A stretch of 64,000 bases of DNA from Amoebidium appalachense (taxonomy: Eukaryota > Protista > Ichthyosporea), in contig CAVNZM010000002.1 in assembly GCA_963693365.1 (NCBI GenBank), forward strand, positions 1,488,001 through 1,552,000, given 5' to 3'. This document shows positions 53,961 through 64,000 of the stretch, in pieces (the stretch's first letter is position 1; every line of letters starts with the position of its first letter). The position numbers and the translations under genes were made by a program. A model generated the notes under the pieces. That model searched no databases, was not told where the DNA came from, and saw only the letters and a program-made list of their open reading frames with translations.

Positions 53961-55317
53961 TGTCTATCTCTCCTTTTCTGTGTCCATCTTGCTCTCACTC
54001 GGGCTAAAGCACTAAAACGCACATAAACACACACACACACTCTTTCTCTCACGCTCTCTCTTTTCTTCACCCCCCTCCCCCCCCTCCCCCCTCTCTCTCA
54101 GTCAGTCTTTCGCGGTCTCTCTCTCCCTCTCCATCCCTCCCTTTCTCTCCCTCCTCTTCCCCCACCCCCACCCTCCCCCGGTCTCTCCTCTGTCTCTCAC
54201 TCCCGCCTGTCCCCCTTTCTCTCTCTCTCTCTTCTCCCCCCCCCCTCACACCCCTCCCCCTCCCCCTCTCTCCCCAAAAAACATTTTAGGCTGTGCATTG
54301 GGTATTCGTCTTCCATATCGTTAAAGTTTCCCAGTGGACTTCAGCATGCTGTTTTTCAGTGCATCTACTTTTGGTGTGTGTACCCCTTTACCCACCCCTC
54401 CCCATGTGCATCCCCCCCCCAACTCCCCCCTCCCTCCCCCCTCCCTTCCCAACGCACACCGTGCCCTCTACCCCTGCCTCTTGGCTCCCGGAACCCCTTT
54501 ACCCCTCCCTCCCCCCCCCCCCCCCCCCTTCCCCTCCTTCCGCAACCTTCCACTACCCCCAGAAAGGAACCAAATTCCAATCAACATCACGGTGACCCCA
54601 TAATCGTTGGACTCCTGCACATGCAGACAAACGAAGGCACTCGCGTGTGCCATACTCTGCCCTGCCTTCAACCATCCTTCGTCTAACCCAGCACCACAAA
54701 TTTCAGCCTATAGTCCGGTAGACGAGAAAATGAACAGTTAAATCCGCTGGTGATGAATGGCCCGGCCATTATCCAGGAATAATGCCAAGGGTCAGAGCGG
54801 AAATCGAAGTCTGAATGTAATTAATGCACAGAGGGAGGGGGTTAGGGGGGAGGTGCTCGCCTTTTTTTTTTCCTTTCTTTGTTTTTCTTAGGGGGTAGGG
54901 TGGTGGTGGTGGAGGACTGGAGGGGATGGGTGGGTGGGGGAGGGAGGGAAGGTGTGGGGGGAGGGGGAAGAGGGGGAGGGGGGGGGGGGGGGGGGGGCAT
55001 TGCAACGTATTTTTGGTACGGTACAGTAACTCCGAGAGAGTGAGAGAGAACGAAAGGGAAGCGGGAAGCAAGAATAAATTCCGTTAAAGTTTCAAACACA
55101 GTAAGCCTCATAATGGCGTGCTTCTATAATAGGCCGCTATGGCTGATCTTGCGACCAGTGGACAATTAATCTAATGGGCCCCGCATTGACGGCTTAGTGT
55201 TTCATTTGTGGGTCGTTGGCCGGGGTGGGAGGGAGGGGGGGGGGGGGGGGGGGGGGGAGAGAGCGAGGATCTGCTTGTACATGTGTGTGTGTTTGTGTGT
55301 GTGTTTGTGTGTGTGTT

Positions 55318-55357
<40 letters not shown>

Positions 55358-55923
55358 TGCGTGTGCGCGCGTGCGCACGCGCATGTGTTGCGCACGCCCG
55401 CATGTAAGTATACATACTACATAAAGCATTACCCGTAATCAATACATTTTTCCACTTGCAATAATCCCTGACATCATAGTTTCAATCTCCCCGCGGTTGT
55501 AAATACACCCCCGGCCCCCTGAAGTTGAATCCCCCCCCCCCCCCCCCCCCCCCCCCCCCGCAACTCCCAACCTCCCCCCTCCCCTCGGAGGGGATCCTTC
55601 AAACCTCATGTGGCCCCCTCCTTTCGCGCATGCCCCGCTCTGTAGCAAGTTTTGGACTGATAGAGATCTCCAACCTTGCAACCTTACGTAGCCACCCCAC
55701 AGCTTCAACCCCCCCCTCCCCCCCCCCAATAATAATAAACATGTGCCCCGCTCTCCACCTCTTCGGACCCCCGTGACCGCCTCCGGATCCCACCCATGTG
55801 CCGCTATGTGCCATTTCGGTTAACTCGACGCATACTATGGCATAACGACAAGCTCACAGTATGAATAAGCGAGCTCACGATCATATGAGACGGGCTGGAT
55901 CCTTTTTCCCAGAGTCTTTCTTT

Positions 55924-55958
<35 letters not shown>

Positions 55959-56223
55959 AAAAAAAAAAAAAAAAAACTCAAATTCATCATTTTTCTCTCT
56001 CTCTCTCTTTTTTTGGTTTGGGTGGGTGGGTGGGTGGGTGGGTGGGGGGGGGGGGGGGGGGGGGGGGGGGAGGGGGGGGGGGAGGAGAGAAGAGGGAGGG
56101 GCGGGGTGGGGAGGGGGTGGAGAGGGGGTGGGGGGTGGGGGGTGGGGTGGATATGAAGATTTCAAGTGACAACTGGGCGAATATGATTACTAGAAAAAGG
56201 AATTGGGGGGGCAGCCAGCCGGG

Positions 56224-56299
<76 letters not shown>

Positions 56300-56407
56300 C
56301 GGGGGGGGGGGGGGGGGGGGGAGGGGGGGAGGGAGGGCAAAATTCTTACGAATTTTAGATATAATAAGGTTAAATCTAAATCTGAAAACCTCAATCATAT
56401 TTAAAAT

Positions 56408-56438
<31 letters not shown>

Positions 56439-56889
56439 TGGGATTGGCTTTGCCACATACAGCAGCCACGTGCACACAGAATCTGTGTTGTATGCACACA
56501 TATATATAAACACTTCTTCATGCCCAGCCGGATATCACCGGTACCTTTTTGCGTTGATAAAACGGGTTCGTCAACACGTGTAACTGATTATGTCGCCATT
56601 CGACTTGGCTCCTTCGAATTCGATTCACGAAAACCTCAAATTTTCCCCGGCGGGGCCGGGGAAGAAGAATTCAAAAATTGCCCGCTCCTGATTTGGTACC
56701 GGGGCCCCAGAACTGCCGCGAACAGCCGCTGGCAGGTGCCTGTCGAAGTCGACATTACAAGTGATGACGTCATTGAATAGTCTAAAAGGATGTCGCAATT
56801 GCAGAGCTCCGCCTCTTTCCAAAATTGGATCAGAAATAGCATAAGCCCAAAACTAATGAGTGAATAGGTATATAAATATTCATAAACCT

Positions 56890-56937
<48 letters not shown>

Positions 56938-57089
56938 TAAATTATTTTATTTTGTTTACCGAAACTATAAAAAGTCCTCTGGTTCTATCTCGTCAGCGCA
57001 AAGACGGTGATCCGTTCAGATGGCAGTTCAACGGCCATCATCCTGTCGACACAACCGTGGTCAACACACCGTAGACTATTCTTGCGCAC

Positions 57090-57240
57090 GGTTGATTGGC
57101 CCATCGAGCATCACGCACAGCCCAATTTGATTGGCTGCTTAAGCGCGCCGTCAATTCAAAATTTCAAAACGGTTGACCCAACGACTTTGCATGCATGGCG
57201 TTGGAATGCAACGGCCGAAATCCGGCGCATATAAAAAGCG
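57090..57240 (+). promoter_or_regulatory. Candidate cell-cycle promoter: CCAAT boxes, CHR-like, MYB-like and TATA elements
   Basis: ATTGG 57095 and 57130, CCAAT 57122, GCGCGCC ~57143, TTCAAA (reverse-orientation CHR TTTGAA) 57155 and 57163, AACGG 57168 and 57210, TATAAAAAG 57230, about 210 bp upstream of the ATG at 57448. Confidence 0.6.
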
Positions 57241-57447
57241 CCCCACCGCTCAGTTCGCCCTCGAGCTCAGAAAGTGCTTCGGTCGGTGTCGCCTCTTATA
57301 GCTGCGTCGCTTTTATTCTTCCTTTCAAACTGTAAAACTGAACAGCAGCTGCATTTGTTTTTCGTTATGAGTATTAGAGACCGCTGAAGCACATACAGCT
57401 CGTTTGTAAACTCAACAAAGCACCATAGTTCCTCGCTCCAGGCAAAC

Positions 57448-58873
57448 ATGGATCACCGTAGCAAAACATCTGCTCCCACAAGCCCAAACAGGGGTGGCCT
57501 GTCTGTGCGTATGCAGTTGGACTCACCGGAGAGACGGTACAAGGCACAGCCCTACAGCCCACCCAAGCTGAGGAGCGTCAACTTGTTTGGACAGGTGGGC
57601 ACCTTTTACTCATCTTCATCTTCAACCATGTTCTCACTCATCTGCTTGTTTGTGATTCTTGCTCTGAGCTCTTTCTTTCGTTTATGCCCTATTTAAAAAT
57701 ATAGAACGAAGCCAATGTTTATCATTCTGCTGCCTCTTTCTTCAGAAGTACTGAAAATAACTGCACCTTTTGTGCCGCTATGAACACCTCCTTACAAGCG
57801 GCCACCACACAGGACACACCCGTTACGTGTGACCGGCCAAGCTCAGAAAACTGCCCCACCTCTCCCACTACACCTATCAGCACCATAAGGCTACAGCTGG
57901 CCTCACGTCTTTACCTCGACACCCCAGAATCACTGCCTCCCTTTCACTCATCGTTCACACTTGATACCCACTCAAACAAGAGCCATACCACAACACCACT
58001 CGGGGAGTCAAACAGACGCCAGCCTCGTTCCCCCTCTCCTACCCTCCACACCCATATAAGCACACCAAAGAAACTCTCGCCCAAGAAGATTTACAGTTCC
58101 CCCGAGAAAACGAGGAATATTCTCGAGAGTGTCCCGGAAGAGATTGCCATGCTCATCTTGCAGAAGCTCAGCCAACGGGACCTGTGCATGTGAGTTTCCC
58201 TCCTTGTGTATGAAAACGGAAAATACGAAGTCTAGAAGGTTAATAGTGAGCCGTGCACTTGTGCTTGATAAGTGGGTCGTAAAGGGGTGATAAAAGGAAG
58301 TTATGGCCCGGTGGATGGTTAGTTGATGCATGCTTGAAGTGAAGGAAAATGGGTGGAGGGAGGAAAAGGGGAGGGAGACTATTAAAACGAAATGGCGAAA
58401 AAACTAGCTAAAAGGAGAAAGCCTTCTCGGTTAACCATGCGATGGTGTCCTTGTTATTAACACACCCACCCAAACACGTTACATTTGCCACATCTCTTCT
58501 AGCCTGTTATGCACCAAATCCATCAGCCACCCACCACTACTTACCCACAATCTAACCGCCCACTCCCCTTTCTCTCCCTCCCCCTTCCTTCTCACTCAGG
58601 GTTTCAGCCGTGTGCCGAAGCTGGCGCCACCTTGCTGACCGTAATGTTCTCTGGGAGCCACTCTGCCGTCTTGAGCTGTCCCTCCAGATCACCCCCGGGT
58701 CGTGGCGTCGTGTCTACTGCGATCTGCGCAACTATCAGCGCCAACCCCACGACACGGCAACGAGAAAGCGCCGCCGTTCCATGGATGTGCTGGTCAAGTT
58801 TGGCCTCTATGACTCGGTAGGCAGCCCTTCCCTCTCTCTCCCCCCCCCCCCCCCCCCTCCCCCCAAACGTGCG

Positions 58874-58904
<31 letters not shown>

Positions 58905-59981
58905 AAAAGAGAATGAAAGCAAGAACAATGCAAATGATTGAAGCAATTTTTGAGAGACTAGCCGTGTGGGGGGGGGGGGGGGGGGGGGTGGGGGGGGACA
59001 GGGGGGAAGGGGGAGGGGCATGCCAGGAGGTGGATGCGAGGGAGGGAAGGGAGGCCATGCCAGATACGAACATGACCAATTCCATCGTTACATATCTAAC
59101 ATTCTTCTTTCCCAACAGCCCATCTCACAAGGCCGTCTGGGATCTGTGAGCGAAACGACCCAGACCCCCCCTACCACCCCCCCTTGCCTGCCCGCACTTG
59201 TGGAGGCCGAGAAGGAAAACTGGGGCCCAATGAAAAATGGACAGGACAGACCACGCCGACCACGACTGGCTGTCGGCATGCGGCCTAGGTCACCTCCCGC
59301 AGCTGGTATGTTCCGAAGTACTGCTTGCATGGCGTGTGCTTGTTTCGTCTGTATTGGTGCATTGAGTAAGGGTAGACTGTACCTAAATGTCTGGGTTTGC
59401 CTCATGTAAAATAGTGATTAGGGAACGTGTGCAGGATGGTGAGTTGTTTGATGCAAACCCTAAAAAGTTGGAGTTGGTGCGGAAATTGCCTTATTTGGTA
59501 CAGAAATTAGTTGGGCATTAGATCAAAACCCTAGTGGAACCAAAAACAAACACAAAACAAAAAACTAACAAACTATCTCCTTTCCGCAGGCTTCCTCCGT
59601 TCCTGCCCCCAATGCCACACCCTCAATGCCACCCAATCAGAAACCACCAACGAGGCCAGCTGTAACCACTGTGGCCATACGTTTTGCACCGACTGCCTTC
59701 GCCCAATGGCCGTGCATCCCACCGGCACTGCATGCAGTGTTTTGGCTGACGGTAGATCACTGGGCGAAGTCACAAATACCATTGCGTTGGTTATTCCCGC
59801 ACCCTCTGATGATGAACCAATGAGAATGAACGGTTCAGTTATATGTAACACAACGAAAGTAGCCAATAGGTTTGCACCTGTGGTCGGTCATGCGAAAAAG
59901 AGCGAAAATGTGCGGAAGGGTTCGAAGGATGTAGAGATTGCTGGAGGCAAGACTAGCAAGCAGAGACTTGGCAGGCTGTAA
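57448..59981 (+). CDS. Emi1/Emi2/Rca1 (FBXO5/FBXO43)-like F-box protein with ZBR zinc finger and C-terminal RL tail; putative APC/C inhibitor
   Basis: Exons 57448-57594, ~57813-58189, 58600-58816, 59119-59305 and 59590-59981 join in frame. F-box: LESVPEEIAMLILQKLSQRDLCMVSAVCRSWRHLA...LW. ZBR: CPQC-x15-CNHCGHTFCTDCL-x5-H-x5-C. Terminus: IAGGKTSKQRLGRL*. Confidence 0.85.
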
Positions 59982-60381
59982 GAACTGATTGCATGAATGA
60001 AGATAACCATATATGGAAATGAATGAAAGTTACGGCAAAGTATCTTTATGTGATGAATGTTCTCTTTCCATGTCAGTTTGTGTGAAGATTCGTGTGTCCG
60101 TGTTAAAGCGCAAGACTGATGACTGGAACGGTCGGTGTAAATAAGTAATAAATTCACATTTACACGTGTGATATAATGATAGTGGAGTAGACTAGATTTA
60201 AATACGGGGATTAAGCCCTAGTTGAATGTTGAAGTTCAAGTACTAATATTGATAACGGGAGTAACACATGTAGTAGGCTAGATAGTGTATATACAAGTAA
60301 ATAAATGTCAGATGTTATACAACACTCTGATGGTTGGAAAACAAAAGAAAGTGATTCGAAACAGACAGTGAAAATGGTTCT

Positions 60382-60423
<42 letters not shown>

Positions 60424-61440
60424 CCTCCCCCCCCCTCCTTCCTTCCTTTAGTGTTTGGTTGCCTGCATGCCTGCCCCATCCCGACGATACACACGCAAGC
60501 ACATATATCACACGCATACGGACCCCACACACTGACACAAAAACAAAAACACACATCCTTGTACACCCAACCTCCTTCACACTCTACCTCGCTCACATCC
60601 AGCTCCCACATGTGCACAAGTTCAGGTACACGTACACAAACATGTCCATGGGTCACACACACGGACACACATGCACCGTTGCACCCTCATACACACATGT
60701 AATCACGAAGTCGACTATCAGGGCCTGGGTGTTGGCATTACAATGATCCATCCACCTCCCGGCAATATTGATCATGAGTGTGCACATGTACATGCACCAC
60801 GCTCCTATTTTGCACACAACACATTCGGATACGTATGGGGTTTACACACTTTTTATTGCGATACGTATGCATTTGCAATCAAAATAACTATCAATTGGGG
60901 TGTTGAGGATCCCAATTTAATACAGAGCCACGTCTATATGTACAGATATCCCTTTATCAAGCATACCACAGAGAAATAGACATCTACAACCAAAGAATGC
61001 ACTTCGTGATGGGGCTTGCGGACTGGCGTAAAGACGATGCAACTAAATACACGGGAGCAGGAAAAGAAAGGAGGCAAACGGGGCCCGTGCATATGCGTGG
61101 CTATCCAGAAATGATGGATTTAGATGGTGTTGGAGGAGAAAGAGAAATGTGGGGGGGGGGGGGGGGGGGGAGGGAGGGAAAGAGGGGAGATCTCGATTGG
61201 GGGGGGGGGGGGGGGGGGGGGGAGAGGAAAGAGGGGAGATCTCGAGGGGTTGGAGGGGGGGGGGGGAGGGAGTTTCATACTGCCTAATAGGGTAAATGCT
61301 GTCTCTATGGGTATACACTGTACATGCCTATCAGGGTGAACACTACCTACAAGGATACATGCACACAAATATGAGGCCAAATTAATGGGTACCTAAATAC
61401 ATTATGAGGCCAGGCCCCCCCTATGCCTTATAAGGCTAAT

Positions 61441-62864
61441 CTAATGCTCTAGGGGGTTCATGCCCAGCAGTGCAGCCACGTGGTCGGCTATGGCCAGGCA
61501 TGACGTCAGACCCGGTGACTCGATGCCCAGCAGGTTGACCAGTCGCGCCCGGGTCACCGACGGGCCTTGGATCTGGCCCGGCTCGATTCGGTAAGTATTC
61601 CACTGCACTCTCCAATCCCTCCCCCCCCCCTCTCCTCGCCCCTCCCCTCCCCCGCCTCCCGCCACCACCACCACCAAATATACAAACGCACACAGACACG
61701 TCACCACCACGGTTCTTCCACCCTCTTTCAGGCATCATAGTCACTCTATCCACACACATGACAGGCACAGTTATTTTGCAAGGAGTGGGCATTGACAGGC
61801 TTCTCCGGTGCAGCACATCCCTCTCTCTCTCCTTTCCCCTCTATCTCTCCCTCTCTCTTCTTCTATTCTTTTTTCCGCTTTTGCCTCTCTCTCTCTCTTC
61901 TTTTTTGGGTGGGGAGAAGGAAGGGGGGGGGCGGGGGTTATACTGATATCATCAGCTGTTCAAATGCAATTATTTGTCCGGAGGAACCAGCGATTTCCTT
62001 GTTTGACTAGCTCGGGCCAGATAGTGACAGAGGTTGTGTAGGGGTGAGTGTTTGGTGGTGGTGGTGGGGGGGGGGGGGGGGGGGGGGGGAGGGGGGGGGG
62101 GGGGAATAACCAGAAAGTCTGCTGCAGGCTCTTTCGGGCCAACAATCTTTGGCCTAATGCCCGAATATGATGGCTGCAGTGCACCATCAGGTAGGCCAGG
62201 CCAATACCTGTGTGTGTGTGTGTGTGTGTGTGTGCATGTGCATGTTCTTCCAGACATTCCATTGGTACGTTGCATCAGTCACCAAAACTTGAGGACACAC
62301 CCAGGAGCTAAAGAAGCCATTACCTGTGCAGGAGTTTTCGGCGCCTATCCCCCCCCCCCCTCCCCCCCCCCCCCCCCTCTCCCCCCTTCCTTCTCCCCCC
62401 CCCCCCTCCCCCCACTCGCACACACACAGGCACAAGGGTTGTTATGGGTGGCTCTCGGTCTATCTATTGCCAAGACTTCTTGGTAAACGGGTACGGGAAG
62501 AATGGAGGGTAATCAAGGAGCTACACCAGATGGGAAAGAGATATCCGGCCGTGAGAGACCGGGCGGGGAGAAGGGGGGGTGGGGGGGGGGGGGGGGGGGT
62601 AAGAATGTGTTTTAGAGTAGGAATTACACATTCACAGCGGACAACACAATGCAGAGTGCAAACCACACATAAAGACCATGCATCACAAGCAGAGCCCATT
62701 CTCAAGGGGGGACAACGCCATCCACTGTACTCGAGTTTCGAGCCATTCACCTCGTTGACGAAACCCAACTCAATAGGGGGGAGGGGGGAGGATATACAAG
62801 CGTGAGTGTAGGTGGTGGTGGTGGTGGTGGTGGTATGGGGGCGCAGGGGGAGGAGATGGCAGGC

Positions 62865-62895
<31 letters not shown>

Positions 62896-63026
62896 TAGAC
62901 ACCACAGCATGGCAACTATGGGAGCAAAGGCCATGAAAAAAATTGCAAGGATAACAAAAGAAAAAAGAAAAAAAAAAGAAAAAAAAAGCGAAACGAGGGT
63001 TGATGGTTGTTTTTTTTTTTTTTTTT

Positions 63027-63067
<41 letters not shown>

Positions 63068-63262
63068 TATACCTCCTTATGGCCGTCTCAAATTCTCCCA
63101 ACCGCCTGTCACTGACGTTATAACTGATGGAGTCTATCCATTCGGTGTCGGGGCCAAATTTCGCTGCAGAAATGAGCGCCCACCAGATTAGATTTCGGAC
63201 GTATCGCATTCTTCTGGATCTTCTAGATTTTTCGTACAAGAATCCAACCAGCAAGAGCAATT

Positions 63263-63314
<52 letters not shown>

Positions 63315-64000
63315 CGTGTGCGTGTGTGTGTGCCCTTTTTGTGGCCTCTATGGGCACTCATAACCATGTGCGTGTGTGTGTGTAGCCCCACCTTTAACGA
63401 TCTTTTCACCCTCCCTTGCCCCCTCATCTCCTCCGCTCCCGCCCCCCTCCCCTTTCCCCACGCCCGGCCCCTCCTCTCATGTGTCTGTTTGTCGGTACGT
63501 GTTTCTGTGAATTTGTAGGTATGTTCTTGTGTGTGCATGTAGGCATTTACTCACCCATGTGCCGGTCTGTGTTTGTGTCTATAGGTATGGTTTTGTTGGT
63601 GTATGTAGGTATGTGCTTGTGTGTATATGTAGGTAAGTGTTTGCAAATGTAGGTACCTGTGTGCATGTATACAGGCATGTCTGTCTGTGTGTGTGCATGC
63701 ATCTGTTTTTGCGTGTACATGCAGGTATGCCTGCGTTTATGCAGGCACACATTTGTGTGTGTGCAGGTACATGTACGTGTGGCACGCCTGTGTGCACGTA
63801 TGCAGGTATGTGTTCTGTGTGCATGCAGATGTGCACCGTGTGCATGTACACATGTGTGACAAACCTTGGCCAGCCAGATCCAAGGTCACGTGCACCCCCA
63901 GGCCGGCATTATTAGGTACCGGGTAGACCAGGTGATTGAAGGGGTGGTGGCCACTGATGCTGAAGTAGCTCCCCTGAAAAAGATGAAAACATAAATTTCT
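61441..64000 (-). CDS. L2HGDH: L-2-hydroxyglutarate dehydrogenase (FAD-dependent, LhgO family), 3' part
   Basis: Exons ~63865-63973 ([36 protein letters not shown]), ~63073-63164 ([11 protein letters not shown]...AIRR), ~62111-62207 ([20 protein letters not shown]...ADF), 61441-61572 (IQGP...[19 protein letters not shown]...*). Confidence 0.93.
62635..62772 (-). mobile_element. Dispersed SINE-like repeat, diverged partial copy in an L2HGDH intron
   Basis: Reverse complement reads GAGTTGGGTTTCGTCAACGAG...CGAAACTCGAGTACAGTGGATG...TGAGAATGGGCTCTGCTT, matching 20088-20175. Confidence 0.7.

Noticed and set aside
56460-56780. ORF 56406-56780 and palindromic GC-rich stretch
   Set aside because: No recognisable domain or splice context; it may be a repeat fragment or regulatory DNA, but I cannot support a call.

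Overview
Eukaryotic genomic DNA, very intron-rich, with GT-AG introns full of G/C homopolymers and (CA/GT)n microsatellites. Most ORFs in the supplied track are artefacts of these repeats. By splicing exons manually I recover seven genes and one pseudogene: (1) a bacterial-type DUF4955/pectate-lyase-like gene that now has introns (minus strand, 3' end runs off the window start); (2) an intronless claudin/PMP22-like tetraspan protein; (3) a syntenin-like tandem-PDZ protein; (4,5) two tandem paralogous phosphatidylinositol-phosphate kinases, each with a PLAT/LH2 domain inserted inside the kinase N-lobe, a type II (PIP4K-like) activation loop and a C-terminal coiled coil, showing patchy gene conversion; (6) a frameshifted signal-peptide/Kazal/class-3-lipase pseudogene; (7) an F-box + ZBR + RL-tail protein with Emi1/Emi2/Rca1 (APC/C inhibitor) architecture behind a CCAAT/CHR/MYB/TATA promoter; (8) the 3' part of L-2-hydroxyglutarate dehydrogenase. 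Also present are a dispersed poly(C)-tailed SINE-like repeat, two MITE-like elements and several minisatellites. The gene content suggests a holozoan, possibly a unicellular relative of animals. This is inference only, and no database searches were run. Exon boundaries were called by eye.
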